Source of the DNA: Dicyema japonicum
Lineage: Eukaryota > Animalia > Dicyemida
Direction of reading: 5' to 3'
DNA length: 64,000 nt
Assembly: GCA_011109175.1 (NCBI GenBank)
Contig: RDEW01000014.1
Location: 434,001 to 498,000, forward strand
The position numbers and the translations under genes are program-made. Under the pieces are notes generated by a model. The model ran no database searches and was not told where the DNA came from. It saw nothing but the letters and a program-made list of their open reading frames with translations. Positions within the stretch are counted from its first letter, which is position 1. The number at the start of each line of letters is the position of its first letter. Below are positions 25,960 through 38,699 of this stretch, in pieces.

Positions 25960-27000
25960 TTATTATTATTAACCCAAGAACACCAATAGTTAATTTAATT
26001 ACTAAATTAATTAAGTGATCTCGAAGGCCTCAATCAGAATTCTCATTTTCTCCTCGTGCGCCTTCTGGGATCCAACACAACTTCTCTGTAGGCGGGGTGG
26101 TTTCGGGAATAGGAATTGAGAGGGGTGATGTATACCCTTCTCATAAGACACGTCGTGGCTGTGTATTGTTGAGAGTTGCACTGCTTGCACATGGTAGCAA
26201 ATCCCTTTACATTTTGTCTGATAAGGTCTTCAAGTGATGAGGGTATTAGTTTTTCTAGTTTCCCGAGATTACTAATAGTAGTGGCTGTTAAGGCTTGAAT
26301 GTCCCGAATTCTTTGTTTGTTCGTCCAGGACAGATTGATTCCCCATGACGTACAGGCATAGCTGACAGATGGCTTAATTAATTGTTTGTACAACAATTTC
26401 AAAGCTGGGAAAGGGGTTTTAATGCCACCGAAAATAGTTTTGATTATCCCTAGCTTTCTTGAGCAGCTTCCAGAGACAGCGTCGACGTGAGATGAAAAGG
26501 ACATATGTGTGTCGAAGGTGATCTCCAAGATTTTCAGTTTCTTCGTGAAAAATATTTTTGTCTGGTTGATAAATATATCCACTGTCATTTGTCCATGTCG
26601 TCTGTCTGAGGTAAATGAAGACGAAGAAGATTTTTCAGTAGATATATCAAGCCGGTTGTAATTTAGCCAAATTTGAATCTTGTGAAGGTATTCTTGTAGT
26701 CTTTCTGATACCTTTGGGATATCTTGATTGCGGGATCCGATTAATAAGTCATCAGCATGGGAACCTTGTGGGACACCATTGGGTAGTAATCTTGGAACTA
26801 ATTTGGTCCCATCCATGTATACCCGGGCCCTTCTTCCATTTATGAAGTTAGCAAGCCAAAATTTTATATTGGGGTTGACGGGGAGAACAAACAATTTCCG
26901 GGTTAGGATTTTCCTTGACAGAGTCGAAGGCCTTTTGTAAATCGATCGAGCAAACGAGTGTTTTGAAGTGACGAGGATTTGTGTTAAAACCTTCAATGAT
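25960..27000 (-). mobile_element. 5'-truncated family A LINE; its 3' tail abuts the next element
   Basis: RT ORF 26043-26996 (FWLANFINGRRARV, GVPQG, ADD, KILEITFD); tail GAGATCACTTAATTAA...GGGTTAATAATAATAA on the minus strand at 25960-26025. Confidence 0.88.
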
Positions 27001-27140
27001 GAATTTGTTGAGGGAAGTTAGGTGGGTAGAAAATTTAAATCAGAATACAAAAGTAAAAAAATAACCATAAAAACGTAAAAATAGTATTAATATATTTAAA
27101 AATTAAGCAAAAAATTCTCAAATCGAATTTATTTAAAAAA

Positions 27141-29600
27141 TTATCTTTTTAACTTTCTTTTCTTAGTTTTTTTGAATTTTTTCTTGCTTTTATCCTTCTT
27201 TTCCCGCTTCCTTCTTTCTTGAATAATTTTTCGCGAATTTTTGAGCTCAGTTTTATTAGATTTTGGTAAATTCTAACAAATAAAAAACTAAAACAGACCG
27301 TATTATTATGCCTGAATGTGTTATGTCCAAATATTCGAATTTTAGAGCTTTCGTGATTTTGGGAGATTATATTTGGATTATTCTTCAGCCAGGTTTTGTA
27401 GCTACGAATAGAAATAGTGCATACATGTCAGTCTTATATGAGGCATCAATGTAGGTCCCCGATTCTGTCTTAATCTTCGGGACAGCCTGTTTCACTCCAG
27501 AGACGAACTTCGCCCGCTTTCTGTCCCATTTAACTTTCTGGCCGCCCTGTGCTACATCATCAGTGCCAGCTAAATCCAAAGTCATCTCCTGTGACTCCTT
27601 ATGGAATTTCATGTCCAGCTCTAATCTACCAGTTACAGTGACAGATACCCTTTCTCGCTGTGAAACCTCTTGGGAACGCTCTCCTTTGGATCTGTGTCAA
27701 AAACAGTCGGACTTATAGCCTAAAATATCAAAAAACAGTACATTTGACGATTTCTTGGTTGTCAGCGAGTTTATAGCCTCAGAAAAAGCCGAGCATCGCT
27801 TCCCCTTGTTTATCAACTCAAGCATGGACTAGGAGTAAAACTATATTTTACATTTTTTGGCTTGAACTTCCTGATCCCATCCATTATGCTCTGCTTGTCT
27901 TCTTTCACCCCACAAGAGTCTTTAAGTAAGCAACAAGAATACTGAATAATGGATGACATTTCAGCTGGGATTTGTCGAACTTCTTTGATCTCTTGACGCT
28001 AGCCATGGAAGGGACCGCTATGTGAGATTTTAGCTTCAGGTGGGAATTGTTTGCACATTTTCTGTAATTTTGCTAGAAAATTACGACTTAAATCAACCAA
28101 TTCTACTGAATTTAAAACTGTCAGCTCTAATTGTTCCCCAAACTCGTCAATAACCGACTGGGGGACCGTTCCCAACAGATAGTTACAATCTAAATAAACA
28201 CTTCATTCACCTTCCTTAGAGTCCTCGGAGGCAAAGTTGAGATCTTGCCCCAAGAAGAGCATCAGATCGAACAAGTAAGGCAAATCCAGCATCGTCACAA
28301 TCGAATAGGCGGTCCCCACTCTCCCACATCGGCCGACTCGTCCTAAAATATTGGAAAACTAAAAACCGACTCTGTGAACAAACAATTTCCCACTGGTCGG
28401 GAAGTAAAAGTTTATTACATTATCAAGAAACGGCAAGTCCAGCCCACGTGATGCCAGATCTGTTACAATCATGACTTTCGTCTTCCCTTTACGAAAATCC
28501 TCCAGCTAAATTAAGCCACATGGGGTACCTGTCCCCTTCTTGTGGACTGGTCCAAGGAACTGTAAGCAAAGGAAGACGTGATATTATAGGTTTTCAACAC
28601 CTTCCGTGAAAACAAAAAAAACCTGGTGAATAAAATCAACGTGGTGTCTCGTCTGGGCGAAAATTACGGTGTTTCCGTGAATCTTGTTGACCAGAAGGTA
28701 AACTAAGAGAGGAAGTCTCTGCTCTTCCCGTGCATAAAAAAACAAATTCTGTGATGAAAGATGGAAAATACGGATATCGAAGGACTTATTTTTACGTCCG
28801 TGTCCAGTCTCAGAAGGGTGGGGTCTTTCAACCCGATCTTTGAGAACTCCATCAATGAAGAAGGCAAAGTCGCAGAAAAGAAGGCGGTTTGGCGATTGGA
28901 AGGAAGTCGTCTCAGAATGTCCTTGAGTTGAGTGATAAGGCCGGATTCCATTATCCTGAAATAACCGCAAAACATACAAGTCAGCCTCGTCCATGATGAA
29001 GTGAGTCACATTGGTCAACTTCAGATTCATTTCGACCACTAAATGCAGCAACCGACCAGGAGTAGCGATAATTCTTGAATAAAAAGACCACCAACATGTT
29101 CGGGTTCTCGTGGATTGCCTGAAACTGATCTTCCATCTTATCTCCGCCCACAACCATTGCTACTTTGAGGGAGGTGAACCGTCCAAGCTTAAAATAAAGA
29201 GAAAAGTACCTCTTTGGTAAACTTCAAGATTTGAAGACAAAGCTCACGTGTGGGAGCCACTATGATGCATTGTATCCCTCCAGGACAGCTGGTCAGGTGA
29301 AGTTTGTTCAAAATTGGTATTAGGAAAGCAGCTGACTTGCCGCTCCCAGTTCTGGCCATCCCCAACACGTCTGCGCCAGCCATCATGAGTGGAATTATCT
29401 TGAAATGACAATTTTTGAAACCTTTCGCTGTATGGGAGTGGGAGTTTTATAGCCTTTTTTAGTTATCCCTCTGAGAATGGTGTGGGAAAGCTCAAAGGAG
29501 TTGAAAGTTCCGTAATTCCGCTTTTTGTGCTTTTCTTTTCTTTTTTATCGACGTTTCCGAGATTATTAAATTCTTTTTCCACATCAATTTCAAGTGACAT
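27141..29600 (-). CDS. DDX54: ATP-dependent RNA helicase DDX54/DBP10
   Basis: [63 protein letters not shown] and DBP10[11 protein letters not shown]...KIKTESG; about 14 GT-AG introns of 21-26 nt. Confidence 0.95.
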
Positions 29601-29759
29601 TTTACACACAACGAAAACGTGAATAATTTGAATTTACGTAAAAATAAATTAAATTATAAATATTAAATAATTATATTTATTCAAATTTTTTTAATTAGTT
29701 TTAAATTCGTACGCAAATAATTTTTGCTGATGTGTAAACTTTCTTCACGTTACAATTAG

Positions 29760-30160
29760 TAGAAAATATCGAGGAAGACTAAAAATTAATTTTCCAATTG
29801 TCCTCATTGATGATCTATTAACCCCGGAATATCTGGAAACTCATCGACGATTGGTCGACAAAGAGACGAAGATTGGTCAGTCTGATCTGTGCGACATAAG
29901 AGGAAGTTTGAGAGTCGGTAGTCATGTCACCGTTAATGTAATCCAAATTCAATCACCCTACTTGCTATTCGGGCAAAACTATATTATCTTTTCTTCCTTA
30001 ATTATATTACTTTTGTGGCATGTGATCCACTTGTTTTAGTCGACACCCACCAAGAAACAAATTCTGGACTTTAGTAATGGAATAACTTTAGGTGAGCAAT
30101 CCATTTTGGGCCCCGTGATTTCTTTGACAAATAAAAACTTTTGCCACATTGGAGAAATTT
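29760..30160 (+). CDS. Possible small orphan gene, divergent from DDX54 (structure unresolved)
   Basis: Open frame KYRGRLKINFPIVLIDDLLTPEY... of about 90 codons, then a 25-nt GT-AG candidate intron and about 40 more codons; no clear start or homology. Confidence 0.25.
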
Positions 30161-31065
30161 GAAACTGCCGCATTGACTACTACTCGAGTTTTTGAGACAA
30201 GAGGTTTGCCATCGTAATGATCAAATTAATTGGATTCTCTAAATTTGATAAAACCTAGATTAAATTAATACTTTAACCAGTTAATTCTTTTAAAATGCTT
30301 TGGGTTCAGAGATGAACGAATTTTCAACTTTAGCTTGTGCCATTAATTTTTTCTAACAAAAAAATATTTAGTCTCAAGGGGAAAATATAATTTATCAACG
30401 GCCCCAAGATTTAGACAGCTTTTAGTTTCTGACAATATCCTTGACCTCAGTTAAAGTGGTCTTAAAATATTTGTAAGGAATGTAAGTAATGCAAGTATAT
30501 TATTTCGTCAAATTCATTTCGGTTATTGTCCGGTTCGTTACTTGATGTCTTCTTTTTTTATTAAAAAAATCTAAATGTATTTAGACAGTTGAAAGTGAAT
30601 ATTATAGTATTTGCTTCCTATCTAAATTAAGAAATTAATTTTTGTTAGAATTAAACTAAGAATCACGGAAAATCACTCTTCTCTTAGTTAGCAACATTAA
30701 CTATCATCCTTTATGTCCATCTTCTGACGAACGACCCCCAAGTTCTTACAATTTTAGGCTGAGCAATATTCTAACCCGTATCATAGATGCTTCCTACACT
30801 TCCTTTATTCAAAACTTAAGGTTTCGATGTTTCCTGGAGTATGTCACCTCGTCTATACTCACGAGAGGAAGGCAAGAGCTATCATTCGCCGTGAAACTAG
30901 ATTTCATAGAGGTAGACCATCACCCTTCCTACCGATTAAGCATTCGGGTAACGATTATATAAATAATTTTATTTTATTTCCAAAAAAGGACAATTCTTTA
31001 ATAATGGCAACAAAATTCGTAAATTTCTATTTAAAGGGTAAACACACGAAATTCGGTTATTGAGG

Positions 31066-31771
31066 ATGGATCCTACTATTTACGAGTGCTACTCAAAAGA
31101 CCTCCACAAAGACTTGTATGGAGAGTGTGCGTGCACTAAATACTCAAAGGAGGAGAAATTTAGAATTAAAAAGTTTTACGACCCTGACTTATATCGTCTA
31201 ACTAAATATAAAGCCAAGGCATACATTACAAAGCCTAGGCCTGTTTCAAAATCCCCAAAATCTTCACTTTTGTCACTGGAAAACTCAATTACGACTTCAA
31301 AGTCAAAATGGTCCATTAACAGTTGGCATAAGAACAGCAGAAGAAATATCTATAAGAAGATTTCAATGATTAAAAAAGGAATGCCATATGTTGTCATCTT
31401 TATTCTACTAATAAGTATTCAAATTAATTTATTTTGTAGCAACATTCACGTTGACTGGAATATTGGTTAAAAACAAACAACCTCAAGACAAGTTGAAATG
31501 TAATGTGGCTCAGGTTGTTTCCTTCAATCTCAATATTGACACGAGTGTGGTAATATTCAACGAAAAGGGAGAATGGAAGCATTATTTGTCCAAGGATCCA
31601 AAGAATAAAGAAAACTTTTACGTCGGAAACTTTAAAGGCATTGTCGGTTCTAAAGGAGACGGAATTTATATTATAATCAAAAAAATCATGTGGAATGTAG
31701 AAATGCATGTCGTCATTGGCAGAGACATTAAAAATACTGAAAAAATGGGAATTTTTTATTGCATCGGATAA
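31066..31771 (+). CDS. Orphan single-pass (type II-like) membrane protein, about 226 aa
   Basis: Two ORFs joined in frame by a 25-nt GT-AG intron (31415-31439), which creates the hydrophobic segment MPYVVIFILLITTFTLTGILV. Confidence 0.6.
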
Positions 31772-31833
31772 ATAATTATTATATATTATTTTTAATTATT
31801 TTAAATTTAAATAAAATTAGCGGTTAAAATAAG

Positions 31834-32571
31834 TTAATTAGCGTATCTTGATGGTACTTGGCCAATCACAGCCTTTTGGAACGTGGCTTTCCTATTCTAA
31901 CAAAGTTAGGTTAAGTTTACCCCAATAAGTCTACTCTGGGCATTAAAATTGCTATAAAAATTTTCTTTTAGTGGTAAACTTTGTGATTGGACCTCTCCCA
32001 TCACAATGTATCTTTGATGTCCACCTGCCCACATTTCGTCCTCTATTGGTTGCAGTTTCTTAATAATACAATCAAATTGTTCAAACCAAATGCAGTGTTT
32101 CTAAGGCTTTGGTTTTATCAGGTTGGTAATTGAACTGTGAACAAATATGTCTCTCGATCCCCTCAGCGTCCTGACAGTTCTTTATGGAACTAAGCAAATG
32201 ACCCTAAAGGCAACCCTCGTATGTACTGAAGGACTGTTAGCTTGTCCTTGTCGCATTTAAAAAGTTCGAGGATCTCTTTAACCTCGCATAAAGGGATCGA
32301 TTTTAATCTCTAAAGTAGTAGACTGATTTATACATCTTTAACAATATTCAAAGCTCTGACCCTAGCAGACTGTAGTTGAAACATTCTGAGTGTACTAACT
32401 AGTTGGGGGAGAGAAAATTGGCAATGTGATAAAAATAGTTTTTCCAGTTTTTGTTCTTCCGACTTAATGGTGAGAGTGATGGTTACCTGGTCAAGCCTGG
32501 ATGTGAGATCATCTGATATCATTAGTTAGGCAAGCGTCACCCAGTATATATACGTCAGTATAAATAACCAT
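31834..32571 (-). CDS. PROSER1: PROSER1-like tandem DUF4476 protein, about 194 aa, 6 dwarf introns
   Basis: Spliced EEQKLEKLFLSHCQFSLPQLVSTLRMF...EVKEILELFKCDKDKLTVLQYI...IE aligns almost without gaps with the recalled human PROSER1 N-terminus ([26 protein letters not shown]...EVVNILNCFTFSKDKLVAL). Confidence 0.72.
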
Positions 32572-32649
32572 TGATACGCTTGTTATTCGTGGCAATCTTT
32601 TATTTTTTTAATATGTGACGTAATATGCTATTATTTAAATTGTGGTCTT

Positions 32650-33210
32650 TTATTTGAGGTTATGATGAATTACCAAAGATATATTTACTAAGGGAATAAC
32701 ATTACTGGACTGGATATTTGTGAATCCCAATGGAAACTCATAGGACACATACTGCGCCTGACATAAAAATCCTTGCCAACAGGGCCATAATAAAACCCAG
32801 GCAACCATTCGACGTCGGTTAAAGGGCAACTAAGAATTTGACCCTAAGGCATTATTTGACCCTACAGTCGAATATCGCCTCACAAACTTTCAGTGTGTTT
32901 CTGTCACTTTCAACACATAATTAAGAGAACTGAATCCTCGTTTGACAAGGTGTGAAGTTGGTAAAAATAATGTCGCATGCCATTACAATTACAGAGGTAA
33001 ATAAGGTCAGTCAGGGCCGCTGTATTAACTTTTTATTTTGTATTAATAATGAAGATAATAAAGATCAGTGACCTTGTTAAACAGAATCGGATCACTCATT
33101 GCGATGATGAAAAATGATAGAAAAAGGAGATGGCTAATTGAGTGGATTTCTTTGCAAATCGTCAGGGGAAATGCGTTCTCGATAATGAGAGCAGCCTGTG
33201 ATTGCTAACT
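32650..33210 (+). mobile_element. RTE and CRE-like retroelement remnants
   Basis: SQWKLIGHILRL (RTE) near 32730; RRWLIEWISLQIVRGNAFSI (CRE-type tail) near 33130-33200. Confidence 0.6.
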
Positions 33211-33699
33211 GTTAATTTTTGTCTTTAATTTGCTTAATAAATTTTTTAAAAAGGTATGTACTGTATTGTTTATCCCAGTGTAACCGTTATGCCATGTGAC
33301 ATATAATATCTAAGAGATCGATTTCCAAGTTTTGGAAACTGCTTTTTAATTGCTGAATTCTACTAAAACTGTCCAATTGACGTATTATGAAATTTAATTT
33401 CATAGTACAGTACAACCCAGCCCCAATAAAACCCAAGCTCGGGGCACCCTCTATATATGGAACTTTTTTTATAAAGTTCATTTTTTGATAGTTTATTCAA
33501 TTAACAACCAATAGAATAATAATAATAAAAATCATCGACCCCGCTTATTGGGGCATTTTTATTAAATAAAAATTTTATTTGATATTTTTAAGAATGAGGA
33601 TTTTGGCGGAACGCATCGGGATCACGTGATAGTTAGTTTTGGTTTTACCGTATGCTTGGGTGTTAAATAAATAAAAAATAAATAACGTGCTTATTATAA

Positions 33700-33900
33700 T
33701 GGGTAAATCAGTTCGTCGTTCATATAAAGATTCTTATTTATCATTTGGATTTACATGCGATGATTAAAAAACTACCTCAATTCCTAATTTGCGTGGAAGT
33801 TTTGACAAATGATGCTATGGTTCCTAGCAAACTAAATAGACATTTAACTTCCAAGCATCCGGACTATTCCAAAAAATCTGTGGATTATTTTATGCATTAA
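33700..33900 (+). mobile_element. hAT/Buster transposase N-terminal BED finger remnant
   Basis: LSFGFT...LICVEVLTNDAMVPSKLNRHLTSKHPDYSKKSVDYF. Confidence 0.7.
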
Positions 33901-34229
33901 AAAAAACAGCACAAATATTATTTAGTTTTTACTATGTATTTTTTCTTACTTTTACGTATCCGATAAAAATTTAATTTTTTATTTTTTAATGTGCGCCGTG
34001 GATTATTTTTTTGAACTGAGGATTATGGAGTACTAATTTTAAATTATACATATAGGTTATATACATCCAAGAATTCATGGATGACTAGTTATATCTTGCA
34101 ACTAACTTTTCAAACAACCCCTATGTAGAAGACAACAGCTATGTAGTAGGACGCGGAAAATGCCGATGCCTCACATAGATCGGTAACTTTCAGCATGGTA
34201 AAGAGTCCGTAATAAGATGTTCTCAAGAT

Positions 34230-34545
34230 TCCCTTAAATTAAATTATTCCAAAGACCAAGGGTAAAACCAAACTAACTAATTCCTTGATCCTGACGCGTT
34301 CCAACAGAATCATCACTCAACCACAGCGATTCAGAGGGCGTTATCCGGGAAGCTGATGTCGATTTGAGAACTCAGTGCCAGGGAGCGAAATTGTCTCCCG
34401 GATTGGATAAATAAATGGATCCTTTTGAATGGCAACTAGGCATTGGACATCTCCTGAGTAATGTGGATCCAATGAGGCCACCAGAAGGAAAAAAAATCTT
34501 CAATCAAGTAGCCACATGGCGCCACGTGGTACCAAGCGGCCATTA
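34230..34545 (-). repeat. Diverged S2 SINE-like copy
   Basis: Head GTGGCGCCATGTGG, core GTGGCCTCATTGGATCCAC...AAAAGGATCCATTT, tail GGATCA..AATTAGTTAG. Confidence 0.55.
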
Positions 34546-34636
34546 CTAAAGATATCCTAATTAATAATAAAAAAATATAAAAATAAATTAATGAAAATAA
34601 TTTACGTAAATTATTATTTAAACATATTGAGACAGA

Positions 34637-36610
34637 ATGATCAAAAATTATTTTCTTGTAGTATTTCACAAGGAAATTGTTAGAGGTAACCATTAAAGTA
34701 ATTCAGATAATTTATTTGTCCTTGATTGTCTTCAGAACATCATCGATTGTGCGATTCTCTCCACAGAATTAACCGGAGACTCCAATGTCTACTTGATTCC
34801 TTTAGCAAATCCGACGCCAAAAGTCATTTTACCTGATTACCGATTAGAATGTTCTCCACGTGGTCGACGACATGTCCGTTGACCACCTTATTTGTTACTT
34901 AATAACAAAACAACGAGAACGACTATTTACGAAATTGTTCTGTTTTCTTTCATTTTAAGGCAATCTGATGATAATTTTTGCTTAAATAACCTCCACAAAG
35001 CCTCAATGCTCCTCTCCAAAGGTGATTTGCTTATTTGACTCAGAATTGGGTGTATTTGTTGACGTCTTCTGTTTTGTTGACTGTTTTACTTCCTTTTTCA
35101 GTAAGAAGATTCTCAACGTCCTCAAAAAACTGCAAATTTGGAACAATGCGGCAATCCACCTAATCCACATGAACGGATCAGGCGACTCTTCAGTTGTACA
35201 ACTAGCTGACCGACATTCTTTCTTTCTCCATAGGACCTTCTTAGCCGGTGGATATCAACGATTGCTGTGGCGTGGAGTGTTGACCGCCAATAAAGTCTGT
35301 TTTTTCTTTACTTGAGACAACTTCCATTTTGGGAGTCCAACTTGTAGAAAAGAATGTCATTCCATGTGAAAATTATGTTCATATTTCGCTCATTCGTAGA
35401 ATAAGCTGAAGACCTACAGTTTTGGGAGTTTCAGTGCTGATTTGTTTGGACCCTATTCTGGCGCCTCCTTCCCTCACTATGTGATCGAGTCTGTGGAGAT
35501 GAGTCTTGTATTCAATCAGAGGTACTTTTCTGCTAAACTCAGCGATTCTCGTTCTGTGGGAATTTGTAATATTATCAAAAAATATAATAATGTAGTTTTT
35601 AATATGACATCAAGTCTGTCTTTATATTACGGATATTCCTATCCCATGACCCACTCACCTCTGTTTATGGGGTTAAGGACCTATCACCCTCGTCATGGTT
35701 GAGGTGGGTTAGTCAAAGGACTTTGAAGACCGGAAAAAGTTGTTTTATTCTCTAAATGTTAGTTTTTACTGAAGATAGCTTGCTGTCGCGAATTTCTAGC
35801 TGTGAAACATTCAATTTTGCTGTAATGAACAGTCCAGATGACCCTCCCGACCGTGTCTCGGCCTTTCTTCTGCGGTCTCAGCATGACTCGTTCTTCGTAG
35901 ACCTTATTAAAACTTACAATCAGCAGAAAAGGCGAAAAAAAATGTTTTTTCTTTAATGATTGATAGTGGGGAAACTAACGAGCTTACGGATTTTCATGAT
36001 TCTGCCTGTTATCTGGGTACTCAGGGTTCTCTGTCTTCGTTCCTGTCGGAAGTGCTTGACTCGGGTTTTGACGAGTCTGCTTTGAAGGAAATATTCCTAA
36101 ATTATCCAGCACGTGATTTCGTTTCGCGAGAAATTTGCGAAAACCTGTCCGAGGATCATTCCAAGATCGACCGTGACTTCCTAACATCACTGAGTCACGA
36201 CTACCAGGAGGAGTCTCATTCAGAAAGTGTTTCAGAGAGAACAGTACTCATTTTGTTAATGTCAGCCTCCTCAGAGGACGGAATTCAATGAGAGTAATAA
36301 AATAGAAGATACTAAAAAGTGTGATTATTCTACCAAAAACTACGACTCTGTAATTTCTTGATTAATCCTCAGTTTCTAAAGGCAGTGGTTATTCAGGTTC
36401 TTCGAGAAAACAAGCTGGACAAGTCTCTTCCGATATTTAATAGATGTGCTATGCGGCTTTATAGTGTGGCAAAGTCGTTTGTTAAGGTTTGACTGGAGGT
36501 GATTTCAGGACATTTCTGATCCTCAAAATCTTAAAAAGTCGATTGTTTCGATAACGAGGGCTCAGGCTCCTCTGGTTGTTTGGTTTGTTACTTTAGATTA
36601 TTCAATTTGA
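34637..36610 (+). CDS. MTBP: MDM2-binding protein / Sld7 orthologue, compact (about 555 aa, 13 dwarf introns)
   Basis: Spliced N-terminus NNLHKASMLL...FVDVF...LKKLQIWNNAAIHL...LWRGVL matches MTBP (ENLHQLS...MVDII...LKHLREWYSAKITI...LWRGKI). C-terminus LKAVVIQVL...FNRCAMRLYSVAKSFVKDI matches the Sld7-like C-domain (LKEVVTETL...FTACSQRLFEISKFYLKDL). Confidence 0.82.
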
Positions 36611-36702
36611 ACAAAATCAGTGTAAATAATTGACTATTTATTAATAAATATGATTTGTTTAATTTTTTGATTATTTAACTTTCATTTCCGTTGTTTAATG
36701 AT

Positions 36703-36995
36703 GTCAGGGTACCGCAATGTCATAAGTGCCTGGCGAAAAGGCCTGATGGCCTTGGTTCGAATCTTGCTGCTGTATAGTCTGACTGAAGGTTCCACGCATT
36801 TAAGATGCTTTGGCTTGACGAGTGACGTTTTCATCAGTGAACATTCCACTGCGGAACCGGATCGTCAGGACTCAACCGCAACAAAAAGAAATAAATGAAG
36901 AGCTTTCCGTGGTTCTCACTGCGATTAGTTATCATAACTGTTTTTTACTCAAATAAATTGTGTGTGCTGCAAGGGTGGAGCTATGGTAATATGGC
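36703..36995 (+). repeat. S1 SINE, diverged copy
   Basis: B box GGTTCGAATC, core GTTCCACGCAT...CATCAGTG...CACTGCGGAAC, 3' end ATGGCTCTTGCGTGAAG. Confidence 0.8.
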
Positions 36996-37769
36996 TCTTG
37001 CGTGAAGTTCGGTTTTATTTATTGATGATGTTTACGCTGTCGGACGGACACAATGATCGGTGTTTTTTCGTTTTGTAAAGAACCGAAAACTTATTTGGAG
37101 AAAGGGTTAAGAAATCCCGTAAGTCCTAAGGAGGATACCCCGATCGAGTTCCTCTTCGGAAATTCGATAAGTCACTTTTGGAAAGCGTTGGGATCGCTGG
37201 GAACCATTTTTGGAGAGTTCATGAGTTACTATAAGCTGGGGTCAGTAATTTCCCGTCTCTTTATGCCCATTTCTTTAAAGATATCCAATATTCCCTATTA
37301 TAAAAAGAACAAAATCTCAATCGGTTGCTTGCTCGAATTCTGGCTAAGCCTTTCCAATTGGCGGAATCATAGTTGACTATTATTGGGAGATGTCTTTGTG
37401 AACTTGACGAGTACTTAACTTAAGAACTAAATAGCCGATATAAACATGGTATCTCTAGGTATTTTCCCTGATCAGGGCTTTGAGACTGCTCTGACTTTGA
37501 AAGTGTTGTCCAATTAAGAATCAATCCACACCAAATAATTCTCGCGGTTAAACGTCCGTTGCCTTGCGTCTACGACGTTGGATTCTTGAATCGTCAAAGG
37601 GAATTGGAATTCTACACAAACAGAAGATCTTCATGAAGACTGTTGGCTATTTGAGAGAATCTAGCTCGCCATTCAAAGAAGGAATATCCCGCAGTCGGGC
37701 GTCCGCTCTATGACCTTCGGCTGACTATTTATTTTATTAACTCCGAAATCACGAGATAAAGGCTAAAGT

Positions 37770-38345
37770 TATCATCTAATTAAGTGATCCCGGTGTCCAT
37801 ACCAGTCCTTTTCCTGCGGTTAGTTTTAGACTCCTGGATTAATCTCCACAACGGGGAAGGTTTCTTTTCGTATCTCGAGCAGGCGTCCAATATAGTCTGA
37901 TGCCCGACCCGAGGGGATGGTCAGGGGACTTTGCCATCTTGAGGAAGTCCCGGTGACGTTCCGTAAGGTATTCGATGATTGGGGGGACGTTTAGTGTTCT
38001 CCGTAGTAACGAGGCGAACGTCTTTTCGACGATCTCATTAGTATTCTGAGACATCGATTTTTAAAACTTCCAGCTTCCTCTGTGCAGATATTGATAAAGG
38101 GGCAACCCATGCGCCACAGGCGTACTCGATACTCGGTAGAACAAATTGTTTGTATAGAAGCTCTAACGATGGGTGGGAAGATACTGGATAGTAGTGAAAG
38201 CCTTGAGAATTCCAATTTTTTGGATCCTCGAGGTTACTAGGTCCACTTGATGAGTAAATGTGAGGAAGGGATCCAGGATGACTCCAAGGATTGAAAGCGT
38301 CTTCTTAATGGGAAGCGGGGAGTCATACAATGTTATTCGTGGTGT
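37770..38345 (-). mobile_element. 5'-truncated family A LINE 3' part
   Basis: LSILGVILDPFLTF motif, downstream RT-thumb region, tail CGGGATCACTTAATTAG. Confidence 0.75.
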
Positions 38346-38699
38346 TGCCCGTATATTTTATTTTAATAAAATAAAGTAATTCAAAATTAATTGTTATTAA
38401 GATCAACCGAGAATTAATAATCTGACGAATAATTCACTTGTTCCCCCTCAAGGTAGACAGTCCGAGTTCCTCAATTTTGTGGCAGACGACATTCGAACCC
38501 AGAATACAGTGCGTCTAACGCTTCCTCGATCCATAATTTCATATATCCGATGCCTCTGGAGTCCACATTTTGGCACATTCACAAGAGATGTGCAACTAGA
38601 GATTACATCCACCTTAAGAAAATGAAAATATTTCATGCAGTAGAGGTACGTCACCTCCACAACCATCAGACCAACTAACAACTTGGGCAGCTGACAAAA

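Noticed and set aside
829-26940. Antisense ORFs over retroelements and genes (e.g. 829-1065, 23768-24079, 26728-26940)
   Set aside because: Shadow frames of RT or host coding sequence on the opposite strand.
30827-31063. 78-aa ORF upstream of the orphan membrane gene
   Set aside because: Contains an RGRP motif typical of decayed RTE tails and runs into AT-rich spacer.
33287-33481. ORF with GFIGAG Rossmann-like motif
   Set aside because: No dwarf-intron splice solution extends it into a dehydrogenase; the motif is likely chance.
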